Source: a bacterium (GTDB lineage Bacteria; Bacillota_I; Bacilli_A; RF39; UBA660). From it: 64,000 bases of DNA. How positions within the stretch are numbered: the first letter of the stretch is position 1; each line of letters opens with the position of its first letter. The position numbers and the translations under genes are program-made. The DNA lies in contig JAHZBE010000002.1 of the NCBI GenBank assembly GCA_019423565.1, positions 18,563 to 82,562 of the forward strand. The letters run 5' to 3'. Shown piece by piece: positions 21,289 to 31,489 of the stretch. Below the pieces are notes generated by a model. It was not told the origin of the DNA, ran no database searches, and was given only the letters and a program-made list of their open reading frames with translations.

Positions 21289-22227
21289 TTAATCTTTATT
21301 ATTCCCTTGAATAACACTTAGTATACCATTCATTTTTTGATGAACGCCATCTAATTCTTCTTTTAATGCATTTCCTTGATTTTCAAGTTCTTCTTTTTCT
21401 CTCTTTAGAGATAAAGTCTCTTTTTGTTTTTCAAATAAATCAAATTTAGTTTTAGATAATTCTTCTTCTAATTCCTCAATATGTTTCATTTGTTTTTCAT
21501 AAACATTTAAAAGTAATGGTTCTACTTCTTCTTTAAATTTTTCCTTATAATTTATTTTTGACAAATCTGGTTGTACGTCTTGTTTTTCCTTAACTGAAGG
21601 TTCTGTCATATCAAATTCTTCAAGTGAAACAACATTATTTTCTGGTTTAGAATTTAAAATAACATTTTCAATATTTTTATTTCTTGCTTGTAATTCTTCA
21701 AATGTTGGTATTTCTATAGTTTTATTTAGTAAATCCTCATTTGATTCTTTTGTTTCACTTCCAAGTATGAATTCTGCTGGTGTATTTACTGCTGCTTCTA
21801 CATTTAAATCTGGAATAGTATTAATTTTTGGTTCAGATTCTTCTTTGTATTTACTAGCAAGAGTATCTGCAAATTTTTTTGAAACAAGAAGTTTTTTTGG
21901 TCTTCTAACTGATACTTCTTCTCCTTCAAATTTTAAATCACACTTATATGAATCACTAAGTGGTTCAGATGGATCTCTTGCGATATCTTTCATTATGGTT
22001 TTAATTTCATCCCATTCATCAGATGATACTATTTCCTTATATGAATATCCATCTTCTTCTTTTACAACACCAGTTGAGTAAATCTTAATCATATTATTGT
22101 CATTTATTTCATTATAAGTATAAGTTATATAGTTATTACCATTTGATAACTTATATTTAGCAAGTATTTGAGCATCTTCTCTAATGCCTTCTTCGTTTAT
22201 TACAAAAAACATAACTTTATTGTCCAT
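21289..22227 (-). CDS. hypothetical protein, N-terminal DUF1292-like region plus C-terminal coiled coil
   Basis: 312 aa; N-terminal about 90 aa resembles YrzB/DUF1292 proteins (weak); C-terminal half heptad-rich. Confidence 0.35.
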   Translation of the reverse strand: MDNKVMFFVINEEGIREDAQILAKYKLSNGNNYITYTYNEINDNNMIKIYSTGVVKEEDGYSYKEIVSSDEWDEIKTIMKDIARDPSEPLSDSYKCDLKFEGEEVSVRRPKKLLVSKKFADTLASKYKEESEPKINTIPDLNVEAAVNTPAEFILGSETKESNEDLLNKTIEIPTFEELQARNKNIENVILNSKPENNVVSLEEFDMTEPSVKEKQDVQPDLSKINYKEKFKEEVEPLLLNVYEKQMKHIEELEEELSKTKFDLFEKQKETLSLKREKEELENQGNALKEELDGVHQKMNGILSVIQGNNKD

Positions 22228-22261
22228 ATTTTAACACCTCATTTACTATAAAGAAATTATA

Positions 22262-22606
22262 TCACATATTATCCCTTTTAGCAACAAAATATTTGCATTC
22301 ATAAGCACAATTTTCCTTTAAATACCTATCTAAAGAACTAATTTTGTTAAAATCTTTTGCTTTTTTGTTATCATCTGAATAAAATCCTTTTAATCTAAGT
22401 TTATCATATGCCCAATCTCCAACAACATAATCAAAGTCATAAAAATAATCAGTACATTTATTAATAAATTCTTCTTTATCAAATCCATTTTTATATTCTT
22501 TAATTATTTCATACTTATTTTCATCTATAATTACTATTTTTTCCATAATATTTATCCTTCCAATTCTACATAATAGATTATAACATATTTTTTTAATCTG
22601 TTTCAA
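22262..22606 (-). CDS. YutD/DUF1027 family protein
   Basis: 114 aa; conserved YDFDYVVGDWAYDKLRLKGFY core of the YutD family. Confidence 0.6.
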   Translation of the reverse strand: MKQIKKICYNLLCRIGRINIMEKIVIIDENKYEIIKEYKNGFDKEEFINKCTDYFYDFDYVVGDWAYDKLRLKGFYSDDNKKAKDFNKISSLDRYLKENCAYECKYFVAKRDNM

Positions 22607-23348
22607 TTGGTAATGATAATATATTAGAACTTGAATTTAATTTTCCATCACTATAATAATCTGGAACACTTCCATTAATTATCTTAATTGCGACAGGAAT
22701 ATTATTAGTAATTTTTATTCTTTCTGTTTGAAAAGGAATTATTACTTCCTCTGTTACTTCGATATTCGCATAAATTTCAATTAATGCACTATTTATCCCA
22801 TAATTTCTGACTTTTGTTTCAACACTACTTACAACATTTCCAATTAAATTTATTTTAACTGGGATTTTAGGGCCTAAATTTGATAAAAGTACATTATTAG
22901 TTATTATTCCCATTGGAACTTCTGATATTACTCCATTTTTTAAGTTTTTAACATCATAAGTATCTGAATTAATAAATGAAATATCATCTATCTCACCTTT
23001 TTCTAATTTTCTTAAATTATCACTTACAATTGATGTAGTTTTTGATAAAAATCTATTAACAATGACAGGATTAAAATCAATTGTCTGTATTTCACCATTT
23101 TTATTTTGAATGACATTATACATTTCATCATCTAATATTGATAAAACATCATCGTTTAAAGAATTTTTTATAGTAACTATTGCCATTTTTTTACAATCAA
23201 TTTTTGCTTGGTTCATAATAACTGGCATAACTTTTTTACCAGAGTAATCAACTAATAAGTATGTACATATTATTAATACAATTATAATACAAGATATTTT
23301 TGTAGATAATTTAATTTTTTTATGTGATCTTAATCTTATTTTTTTCAA
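22593..23348 (-). CDS. yunB: sporulation protein YunB-like
   Basis: 251 aa, N-terminal TM then conserved YunB-type domain organisation; next to yutD-like as in Bacillus; assignment by architecture. Confidence 0.5.
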   Translation of the reverse strand: MKKIRLRSHKKIKLSTKISCIIIVLIICTYLLVDYSGKKVMPVIMNQAKIDCKKMAIVTIKNSLNDDVLSILDDEMYNVIQNKNGEIQTIDFNPVIVNRFLSKTTSIVSDNLRKLEKGEIDDISFINSDTYDVKNLKNGVISEVPMGIITNNVLLSNLGPKIPVKINLIGNVVSSVETKVRNYGINSALIEIYANIEVTEEVIIPFQTERIKITNNIPVAIKIINGSVPDYYSDGKLNSSSNILSLPIETD

Positions 23349-23397
23349 AGGTACATCACCTATTTAAGTATATGAAAAAAAGGAAAAATTAATTTTC

Positions 23398-24165
23398 CTA
23401 TTTTATAAAGAAATTATATACAATAAATCCTGCACCTGCGAGTACAATAAGTACTACAAGAACAATTAATATTTTTATAAAAGTACTACTTTTTCTAACA
23501 CTTTCTCTTAAATCTGATATATCATCAAAATCTTTTGAACTAAACATAAATGTATCTGTACTATATTCCTCTGTATTTTCATCAGGTACTTTTCTAACAT
23601 CTACCTTATCTGCTAAATCAGTTGGTTTAATAAGTTGTGTTTTTTCACTATCTTCTGTTAAGTCATTAAACATATCTTTAGCAAGATCAACAGAACTAAC
23701 ATTAGTTAGTGTATTCATTATATTTAAAAGTTCTTTTTCTTCTTTGACTAAACTTTCATATACTTTTCTTGTTTTTGATAGTTCTTCATCAAGATTTTCA
23801 TTAAACTTATAATTTTGAATTTTTCTTTTTTCATTTGCATCTTCCATAATGTCTCTTTGACTTTTGGCTTCTTTTAGTACTTCATTTATATCATATAACT
23901 TATTTTCATAATTCTTTGGTGGAACAATACTATCATATTCTTTTTCTAGATTAGGTGTTTTATCAACTCTTTTATTAACATTTTTTTGCTTATCTATTAT
24001 TTCTTTAATTTTAGAAATATCTATTTCATTTGAATCGTCAATAACAACCATATTAGAATAATTAGTATTTGAATATATATCATCATATAAGTTTTGATTT
24101 TTATTTACTCTGCTAAAAGATTCTTTATTATCATATTTGTCTAATCTAGATTTCAATAGAATCAC
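23398..24165 (-). CDS. hypothetical protein with C-terminal TM anchor
   Basis: 255 aa, charged, C-terminal hydrophobic helix. Confidence 0.4.
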   Translation of the reverse strand: MILLKSRLDKYDNKESFSRVNKNQNLYDDIYSNTNYSNMVVIDDSNEIDISKIKEIIDKQKNVNKRVDKTPNLEKEYDSIVPPKNYENKLYDINEVLKEAKSQRDIMEDANEKRKIQNYKFNENLDEELSKTRKVYESLVKEEKELLNIMNTLTNVSSVDLAKDMFNDLTEDSEKTQLIKPTDLADKVDVRKVPDENTEEYSTDTFMFSSKDFDDISDLRESVRKSSTFIKILIVLVVLIVLAGAGFIVYNFFIK

Positions 24166-24266
24166 CTACTTTATAAAAATAATAACATATTTTTTATTTT
24201 TTTTAAATAACTTAATATAAAATATCGAAAAATGTAGTATAATTATATTGATTTGGGAGGATATTT

Positions 24267-24476
24267 ATGAAAAAAGTTGTAATTAATAAAGATAAATGCC
24301 TTGATTGTGGTATGTGCGTAGGAATTGAAAGCGTTGTTTTTGATTTTGATGATGACGGACTAGTAAAAGTTAATAATGATAATATTAATGATGATAATAA
24401 AGAAAATGTTAATAATGCAATTGACTCTTGTCCTGTTGCCGCAATTGAAGTTGTAGACGAAGAAAGTGATGAATAA
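24267..24476 (+). CDS. single-cluster ferredoxin
   Basis: 69 aa; CLDCGMC...CP cysteine ligand pattern of small bacillary-type 4Fe-4S/3Fe-4S ferredoxins; GGGAGG RBS. Confidence 0.7.
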   Translation: MKKVVINKDKCLDCGMCVGIESVVFDFDDDGLVKVNNDNINDDNKENVNNAIDSCPVAAIEVVDEESDE

Positions 24477-24525
24477 CTTTCTTTTTTTATGCATAAAAAA
24501 AATCAAACTTTTTATTGTTTGACTT

Positions 24526-25182
24526 TTAGTTTAATCTAATTATTGAGTACATTACAACTGCACCAATTATTACTGCGATTATTGAAATTATTATAGCACT
24601 CGCATTACCTTTTTCTGAATCATTTTCTTCTGGCATTACTTCCATAGAATCATCTTCTTCATTAAATAAAGGTTTTGCTAAAAGTTCTGGTTCTTCATTT
24701 AATACACTCATTTCACTTGTAAGAGAAAATGATGGTTTTAATTCTTCTTCATCCTCTTTTTCTTCTACTTTAGGTGCATCAAATATAGTATCATCAAAAG
24801 TCATTGACTCAAGATCTTCATTTTCTTCCTTAGTAACATCTGGTAATATTTCTTCCTCTTCTTCTTTTTGAGATGCTAAATATTCATCATATTTCTTTCT
24901 CATATCTTTTTCAAATGTACTAAGTTCAGATTCGATAACTTCAAAAGGTATTGATAAATCATCATTCTCATATTTCTTTAAAACTGATATATAAATATCT
25001 TTTGTTATTGTTGGTATTTCTCTTGCTAAGTCATTTAATTTTGTAACTATTGCATTCTTTCTTGTCTTTTTAAGTTCACTCATATATTCTTCATATTGAC
25101 TTCTCTTTTCTTCATCAGAGAAATTAACATTATTTAATATTTCCATTGCATCTTCTCTACTATAATCTAATTTTTGTGTCAT
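24526..25182 (-). CDS. hypothetical acidic protein with C-terminal TM anchor
   Basis: 218 aa, E/D-rich, C-terminal TM (AIIISIIAVIIGAVVMYSII). Confidence 0.4.
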   Translation of the reverse strand: MTQKLDYSREDAMEILNNVNFSDEEKRSQYEEYMSELKKTRKNAIVTKLNDLAREIPTITKDIYISVLKKYENDDLSIPFEVIESELSTFEKDMRKKYDEYLASQKEEEEEILPDVTKEENEDLESMTFDDTIFDAPKVEEKEDEEELKPSFSLTSEMSVLNEEPELLAKPLFNEEDDSMEVMPEENDSEKGNASAIIISIIAVIIGAVVMYSIIRLN

Positions 25183-25266
25183 AATATTTCATCTCCCGCT
25201 ACTATATCTCGTATTGTTAATAACATTATAACACAATATACCCTAGTTTTGTAAAGGCTTTTTTAA

Positions 25267-26214
25267 TTATTTTAAACCATTTTCGCACCTATTTCCCCAT
25301 GAATCGATTAATTTTTCCTCTTTATATATTCTAACCACCTCACAATTGTTAGCGCATTTAGAACATTCTTTTATTTTTGCCTCAAATTTTATATTATCCA
25401 TATTAAACGAAAAATTATCTATTTTTTCTTTTTTCTTACTTAAAATAGCAATACCAAATGCACCCATTAAGTGACCAATATCATCTACAATAATATCCAT
25501 TTTTAATTCATCTTTAAATGCTTCTACAACACCTATATTTTTACTAACACCACCTTGAAATACAACTTTAGGATATATCTTTTTTCCTTTTGCTACATTA
25601 CCTAAATAATTATTAACAACTGCTTTGCATAGTCCTGAAACTATATCTTCTGTCCTATAACCTATTTGTGCTTTATGAACAAGATCAGATTCTGCAAATA
25701 CTGTACATCTTGATGCTATTTTTACTGGATTATTTGAAGTAAGTGCTATTTTCCCAAAATCATTTATATTAATACCTAGTCTTTTTGCTTGACTAGATAA
25801 AAATGAACCTGTTCCTGCGGCACATAAAGTATTCATTGCATAATCAGTTATTACACCATTATTAATAAGTATTATTTTTGAATCTTGACCACCTATTTCA
25901 AGAATAGTTCTTACATCAGGATGAATTGTAATAGTTCCAACAGCGTGTGCTGTTATTTCATTCTTTATAATATTTGCACCAAGCATTTCACCAATAAGTC
26001 TTCTTGCACTACCAGTTGTACCTACACCTACAATTTTATATTTATCATAATTAAATTTAGTTGATAATCTTCTAACAAGTTCTTTGGATGCTTTTATTGG
26101 ATTTGCATCTGTCATTATATATTCATATGCAAGTATATTATTTTGTTCATCTATAATTACTCCTTTAGTTGATATTGAACCTATATCTATACCTAAATAA
26201 GCATTATTTTTCAT
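25267..26214 (-). CDS. BadF/BadG/BcrA/BcrD-type ATPase, CoA-substrate-specific enzyme activase (HgdC-like)
   Basis: N-terminal GIDIGSISTKGVI actin-fold ATPase motif typical of activases; C-terminal extension with a Cys cluster (CSKCANNCE...C). Confidence 0.8.
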   Translation of the reverse strand: MKNNAYLGIDIGSISTKGVIIDEQNNILAYEYIMTDANPIKASKELVRRLSTKFNYDKYKIVGVGTTGSARRLIGEMLGANIIKNEITAHAVGTITIHPDVRTILEIGGQDSKIILINNGVITDYAMNTLCAAGTGSFLSSQAKRLGININDFGKIALTSNNPVKIASRCTVFAESDLVHKAQIGYRTEDIVSGLCKAVVNNYLGNVAKGKKIYPKVVFQGGVSKNIGVVEAFKDELKMDIIVDDIGHLMGAFGIAILSKKKEKIDNFSFNMDNIKFEAKIKECSKCANNCEVVRIYKEEKLIDSWGNRCENGLK

Positions 26215-27277
26215 TATTCCTCCTCATTATAAGCATGTCATTAAATGCTTCTAATCTTGTTTTTATTCCAAGTTCACTAGTATTTGTATCGAATGTTAAA
26301 AACATAAGTGGTATTTTTTCATTTGTACATAATTTTTCAAGTACTTTCATCGCACCAATTTCTGGAGTACAACCAAATGGTTTAATATGTATAATTCCAT
26401 CATATCCTTTATCAATTAATATTTTTGCCCTTGATATATTTTCCATTGCATCTGAACCCATTGAGTATTTACAATATTTTCTAGCTTTCCATAAATAATA
26501 TTTTTCTTTAAATCTTTTTGTAACAAGTAAAAATGTAACATTAGTATATCTTGTTACTTCTATGTTCATATTAGATAATTCTTTTTCAATGAAGTAATTT
26601 GCATTTTCTTCCATTGATGTATATAGTTCTCCTATAATTCCTACCTTTATACAATTTTTAGGTTTATCTAATTTTATATTTTTAAATTTTCTTTTATATT
26701 TGTAATAATTTTTTATTAAAGTAAAGATGTTATTTGATTTATAAAATGAATTTAACATTCCTTTTTTTATTCTTTCAAAACTACCTTTTTTTATTTCAAA
26801 ACCAATATTTTTTCTTATATACATATCAATTTTATCCATATAGTTTATCATTAAAAATGTTAGCACTAGATAATATAAATATTTTATTTTTTTCAGGTTT
26901 GGATTTATTTTTCTAAGCATATTATACATACTACCAATGCCATTTACATCATTATCAGATAAAGAATAAAATTCAAATTTATAACCTAAATCTTCAAGTA
27001 TTTTCTTTTGTAGTTCAAAATAATAACCAAATCTACATCCACCACCTGCTTGTATTAAAATATTTGCGCCATTATCTAACGATTCTATATAATTACCTAA
27101 AGTATATTTAAAAGGCATACAAACATAATCTGGACTATATTTTGAACCTAATTCTATTGTTTTTTTTGTAATAGATGGAGATGGAATTACTTTTGCATTT
27201 GTTAATTTTTCTATTAGATATTTAATTGGAACATCATAATTTGAAAGATGAGGAAAACTAATTACTTTATTATTCAT
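26204..27277 (-). CDS. activase-associated DUF2229 family protein (acyl-CoA dehydratase-related)
   Basis: 357 aa; overlaps both neighbours by a few nt (operon); KVGIIGELYT motif typical of the CoA-enzyme-activase uncharacterised domain. Confidence 0.55.
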   Translation of the reverse strand: MNNKVISFPHLSNYDVPIKYLIEKLTNAKVIPSPSITKKTIELGSKYSPDYVCMPFKYTLGNYIESLDNGANILIQAGGGCRFGYYFELQKKILEDLGYKFEFYSLSDNDVNGIGSMYNMLRKINPNLKKIKYLYYLVLTFLMINYMDKIDMYIRKNIGFEIKKGSFERIKKGMLNSFYKSNNIFTLIKNYYKYKRKFKNIKLDKPKNCIKVGIIGELYTSMEENANYFIEKELSNMNIEVTRYTNVTFLLVTKRFKEKYYLWKARKYCKYSMGSDAMENISRAKILIDKGYDGIIHIKPFGCTPEIGAMKVLEKLCTNEKIPLMFLTFDTNTSELGIKTRLEAFNDMLIMRRNNEK

Positions 27278-28181
27278 ATTTTTCCCCCTTAATTATATCT
27301 ACAAAACTTTCTATTCTTGTATTTGTACCTTCATTATTAATTGGATCATCTGCTAAAATTGTAATAGATGGAATATTTATGTTTCTTGTAACCATTTCAT
27401 TTACTAAGGAATCTGGTCCACATGGAAATGATGAAAGAAGAATTATTCCATTTACTTGTGATTCATATTCTATAACTGAATTTAAAAGTTCTCGATTATT
27501 AAGCCATCTTAACGTTTTTGTTATTTTTTTGTATAAATCTTTATCATTATCTGGATTACCTACACATGCGTATATAACTTCACAATCTAAATCATTAAGT
27601 ATTTTTGTCATTTCTTTTCCTATTAAATTATCAAAAGTATTATAGTAATGTGATACAAGTAATATTTTAGTTTTATTTCTTTCTAATTTTTTATTCTGAA
27701 CTAAATAATTTATTTTATTTTGTTTATATTCTTCTTTTTTTGCTTTATGGTATGCTGATTCTATATAATTTTTCCCGAATCCTAATTTTTCACCCATTTT
27801 AATAAATGCTGATTCTTCAGTTTTTCTTTTTCTTTCATCAACATTATAATTTAAAATATTTACATCAAATGTATTATTTATAATATCGTATAGCGCAATA
27901 AAATTTGTACATGATTCTGAATTTATTTTTTCACATACAATTCTTGGCACTAAAACATAATCTACTTTATCTTTTAAATAAAAGACATGTCCAATATAAA
28001 TTTTTAGTGATAAACACATTTCACTTGCTGAATATTTTTTACCATTTTCAAGTATTTCAAAATTTGTTTCTGGACTTACTATTATGTCACAACCTAGTTC
28101 TTTAAAAAATTCTTTCCACAATATATTATATTTGTAATAATAAAGTCCTCTTGGAATACCAATTTTTATTTTATTATCCAT
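27270..28181 (-). CDS. 2-hydroxyacyl-CoA dehydratase D-component-like (HgdD family) protein
   Basis: 303 aa; N-terminal IGIPRGLYYYKYNILWKEFFKELGCDIIVSPET is the hallmark HGD-D N-terminus. Confidence 0.6.
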   Translation of the reverse strand: MDNKIKIGIPRGLYYYKYNILWKEFFKELGCDIIVSPETNFEILENGKKYSASEMCLSLKIYIGHVFYLKDKVDYVLVPRIVCEKINSESCTNFIALYDIINNTFDVNILNYNVDERKRKTEESAFIKMGEKLGFGKNYIESAYHKAKKEEYKQNKINYLVQNKKLERNKTKILLVSHYYNTFDNLIGKEMTKILNDLDCEVIYACVGNPDNDKDLYKKITKTLRWLNNRELLNSVIEYESQVNGIILLSSFPCGPDSLVNEMVTRNINIPSITILADDPINNEGTNTRIESFVDIIKGEKYE

Positions 28182-28238
28182 ACATATACCCTTTCAATAA
28201 AATATATTCGGGATAATAAAAAAAAGACTAATAGTCTT

Positions 28239-29513
28239 TTAAAAATTAAACATTAATAATTCTGGTTTTATAATTAATAATAAACCAATTATAAGCATAA
28301 TTATTCCACCTACTAAATGTGAATATTTTGTATATTTAGTTGATAAACCAGTTACTTTAAGTGTTACCATTGATATAACGAATATAACTATATCATCTAT
28401 TAAGAAGAAGAATATGTATATAAACATGTATATCATATAACTAAATGTACTTAAATTATTCATCGCAAGTATTTGTGTAAATAAAAGTGGAATACCTATT
28501 GAACACATAAGTTCAATAATATTAATTGATGCTGCTAAAACCATAATTCCAAGAAGCGCAATTATAAATTTCTTTTCATGAGTTATAGAAATTATTTTTT
28601 CCATTATTTTCTTTCTATCTTTTTTATCTACTACATCGCAGCCTTCATCCTTTTTCTTTAATGAATCAATATATTTATATACATTAATTAATCCAACAAC
28701 AAGCGCTATTACTGCGATTAATAATCTTATAAATGCAATTTTACTTATAAATGTTGCTAAATTAAGCCAAGCAAGCATAAACATTAGATATACAATTCCT
28801 GATGTTAAAATAAATGTTAAACCAAGTATCCACATCTTTTTTCTATCCTTCATATTAAATAACATTGTAATTAAGAAAATTAATATCCACATTGCACATG
28901 GATTAAATCCATCAACGAAACCTAGTACTACAGCAAGTATTGGAAGTGATACTTTTTTAGCATTTATTTTCCCAAGTACTGGAACTGTAACATTTTCATC
29001 TGTTTGATTAGAATCTTTAATATCATCTGCTTTTTCTATTTTATTTTCTTTTTTATCCTCTGTTTTACTTTCATCTTTTATTGTATCTTCTTTTACTTCA
29101 GTTTTTTTAACTTTTCCTGTTATTTCACCAGCATAATCTCTATAATCATTATTTAAATAATAGTTAATCGCATCTTTTATTTGTTCATCTGTTACTCCAT
29201 CTGCATATCCTACTATTGTTTTTTTACCAATTACAGTAAATGGTACACCATTTTTATTTGTTGTACCCATTTCTTTTTGAACTTTTGATAATAGTTCTTG
29301 ATTATGTGAATCATACCAAATTTCATATTTATATAATTTAACATCTGTTCTATCTTTTAAATAATCACTTAAAAATTCTTCTTCTGCGGCACAATGAGGG
29401 CATCCATTTCCATAGAACAAATGAATATTTATTACCTTTTCATCTGCTTTCGCACTTACTGGCAATAATAAGAAGACTGCAAATACGATTAAAAACTTTA
29501 ATATTTTTTTCAT
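28239..29513 (-). CDS. exported thioredoxin-fold (CPHC) domain fused to a polytopic CcdA/DsbD-like membrane domain
   Basis: Signal peptide, GCPHC redox motif, K/E-rich linker, then about 6 TM helices with conserved Cys residues (NPCAMW, MCSIGIP). Confidence 0.5.
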   Translation of the reverse strand: MKKILKFLIVFAVFLLLPVSAKADEKVINIHLFYGNGCPHCAAEEEFLSDYLKDRTDVKLYKYEIWYDSHNQELLSKVQKEMGTTNKNGVPFTVIGKKTIVGYADGVTDEQIKDAINYYLNNDYRDYAGEITGKVKKTEVKEDTIKDESKTEDKKENKIEKADDIKDSNQTDENVTVPVLGKINAKKVSLPILAVVLGFVDGFNPCAMWILIFLITMLFNMKDRKKMWILGLTFILTSGIVYLMFMLAWLNLATFISKIAFIRLLIAVIALVVGLINVYKYIDSLKKKDEGCDVVDKKDRKKIMEKIISITHEKKFIIALLGIMVLAASINIIELMCSIGIPLLFTQILAMNNLSTFSYMIYMFIYIFFFLIDDIVIFVISMVTLKVTGLSTKYTKYSHLVGGIIMLIIGLLLIIKPELLMFNF

Positions 29514-29767
29514 TTTACATCACCTACTGCTTTCATTATTTCTTCATAATTTTTTTCGCCTATTAGTCTGAATAATTCTTTATCTTGATTCATAAAAATA
29601 AGTACTGGAAGTGTTGTTCCCACATTATATTTTTTTACTTCATCTTCATCAAAATCATAATCTAAATTTTCTACTTCAATATTTTGTTCTTCTTTAATTT
29701 TATCAATTGCTTTATTTGTAATAAGACATGCTGGACACCATAAAGCACTTATTTTTATAATCTTCAT
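29510..29767 (-). CDS. small thioredoxin-like protein (WCPAC)
   Basis: 85 aa; WCPAC active-site motif; 4-nt overlap with the downstream membrane redox protein. Confidence 0.6.
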   Translation of the reverse strand: MKIIKISALWCPACLITNKAIDKIKEEQNIEVENLDYDFDEDEVKKYNVGTTLPVLIFMNQDKELFRLIGEKNYEEIMKAVGDVK

Positions 29768-29815
29768 TCTATCACCAAGTACATTGTACCATACTTTATA
29801 TTAAAATTAAAGATT

Positions 29816-31006
29816 TTAATTTGGAATTTTTAATTGTTGACCTATACTTAATAAATTACTCGTTAAATTATTTAAAACTTTTATTTTTTCAACTGTAGTA
29901 TTATATCTATTTGCAATAGTCCATAAACTATCTCCTTTTTTTACTGTGTATATGTTTTCAGTACTTGTTTTTCCTTGTGGAATCTTTAGTACCTGACCTA
30001 TACTTAATAAATTACTTGTTAGATTATTATAACTTTTTAATTCTTCTGTAGTTATACCATATTTGTTTGCGATTACCCAAAGGCTATCCCCTTTTTGCAC
30101 AGTATAAGTTGTTTTTCCATTATTAGATGAATCTTTTATTTTTAAAACTTGACCTATACTTAATAAATTATTTGTTAAATTATTTAAGTTTTTTAATTCT
30201 GATACTGTCATATTAAATTTGTTTGCTATACTCCAAAGACTATCTCCTTTTTGAACAATATATGTATCACTTACTTCTGGACTTACACTTATACTCGGAA
30301 TTACAAGTTTTTGTCCAACACTTAATGTATTTGTTTTTAAGTTATTTGCACTTTTTAACTTTTCCACAGTAGTATTATATTTATTTGCTATTTTCCATAA
30401 ACTATCTCCTTTTTTTACTGTGTATATTTCTTGTGATTCTCCTTCTTTGTAATATGGAACATTCGTATAATTTGCAAGTGATTTAACTACTGCTTCAGCA
30501 TAATCTTCCCATTCATTTTTAATATTAGTAGCTTCATTTATATTATTTATATTTCCATAGTTTACAATAATTGTTTCAATTAAACCTGTATCTTTTTGAA
30601 TATTATAATAGTCTTTACTTGTATCATTTTCACTTCTTCTTTGATAGTACTTGCTTACTGTTAAACCTGCATCATCTAAATTTTCTGCAAGTGATGAAGC
30701 AAGATTACTATTATTTCTAAGTGCATATATTATTTCTGCTCCACTTCCGGTATTTCCAAGCATATTTGATAGCGCAACTACTTTAGAATTATTACCATAT
30801 GCATTTAATATTTTATTTGCTCTATCATCTTCACTTATATATTCATCTGTTGTTCTAATTATTTTTACATCAGCACCTAAACTTTTTAATCTGTTAAATA
30901 TATACTCACTTATAAGAAGGTTATAGTCTTTTTCAACTATTCCGTTACCTGTTACTCCACTTTCTCTTCCACCTTTTGATGGATCAATTACTATCATAGT
31001 CTTCAC
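29816..31006 (-). CDS. N-acetylmuramoyl-L-alanine amidase (Amidase_3) with four C-terminal LysM repeats
   Basis: N-terminal MKTMIVIDPSKGGRESG...(Amidase_3) followed by 4 copies of the YTVKKGDSLWxIANKYNTTVEELKxLNNL LysM consensus. Confidence 0.85.
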   Translation of the reverse strand: MKTMIVIDPSKGGRESGVTGNGIVEKDYNLLISEYIFNRLKSLGADVKIIRTTDEYISEDDRANKILNAYGNNSKVVALSNMLGNTGSGAEIIYALRNNSNLASSLAENLDDAGLTVSKYYQRRSENDTSKDYYNIQKDTGLIETIIVNYGNINNINEATNIKNEWEDYAEAVVKSLANYTNVPYYKEGESQEIYTVKKGDSLWKIANKYNTTVEKLKSANNLKTNTLSVGQKLVIPSISVSPEVSDTYIVQKGDSLWSIANKFNMTVSELKNLNNLTNNLLSIGQVLKIKDSSNNGKTTYTVQKGDSLWVIANKYGITTEELKSYNNLTSNLLSIGQVLKIPQGKTSTENIYTVKKGDSLWTIANRYNTTVEKIKVLNNLTSNLLSIGQQLKIPN

Positions 31007-31028
31007 CCTAGTAAATCATATGATATTT

Positions 31029-31071
31029 TTTTTCAAAATAAAACTCCAATATAAATTGAAGATTTATTTTC
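31029..31071. repeat. 42-bp direct repeat, copy A (ttttcaaaataaaactccaatataaattgaagatttatttt)
   Basis: Near-identical (1 indel, 1 substitution) to the copy at 32806..32850; together they bracket a 3-gene cassette. Confidence 0.6.
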
Positions 31072-31146
31072 ATTAAATTTTAGGATGAATAACTTTTTAT
31101 TTTATAAAAGGTAACTTTTAATTTAGTTGTATACGCCGTATAAAAA

Positions 31147-31488
31147 TTACATTAATTCAATTCTTATTCCTAAAACACCATATTTTGTTTGTTTTTCTTT
31201 TGTATAAAACTCTTCAAGAACATCAATTAATTCGTCTTTAGTCATTGATTTATCAGATAAAACTGAAATATCAAAATCCTTAAACATATCTTCAAAAGAA
31301 TTATATCTTAACAAACCTACAACTTTTGCATTAAAAGATTCGTTTAATTCTGGTTCTTTTAAAAATTTGATAGTATCCCCAATCTTAATTTGTTGTCTTT
31401 TTTCATCAAAAAGTCTAATTTCAATTCTTTTTGTACCATTAAGTATAAAATTATAATACTCAGGCTGTAATTTCATTTCGTGTTCCAT
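31147..31488 (-). CDS. ASCH (PUA-like) domain protein
   Basis: 113 aa; N-terminal ...FILNGTKRIEIRLFDEKRQQIKIGDTIKF matches the ASCH beta-barrel core. Confidence 0.55.
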   Translation of the reverse strand: MEHEMKLQPEYYNFILNGTKRIEIRLFDEKRQQIKIGDTIKFLKEPELNESFNAKVVGLLRYNSFEDMFKDFDISVLSDKSMTKDELIDVLEEFYTKEKQTKYGVLGIRIELM

Positions 31489-31489
31489 A

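Noticed and set aside
29816-30400. Tandem DNA repeats of about 130 bp that could be mistaken for a CRISPR-like or tandem-repeat locus
   Set aside because: They are the nucleotide image of the four LysM protein repeats inside the amidase gene (and again at 50295..50945). They are coding and in-frame, with no spacer/repeat architecture.
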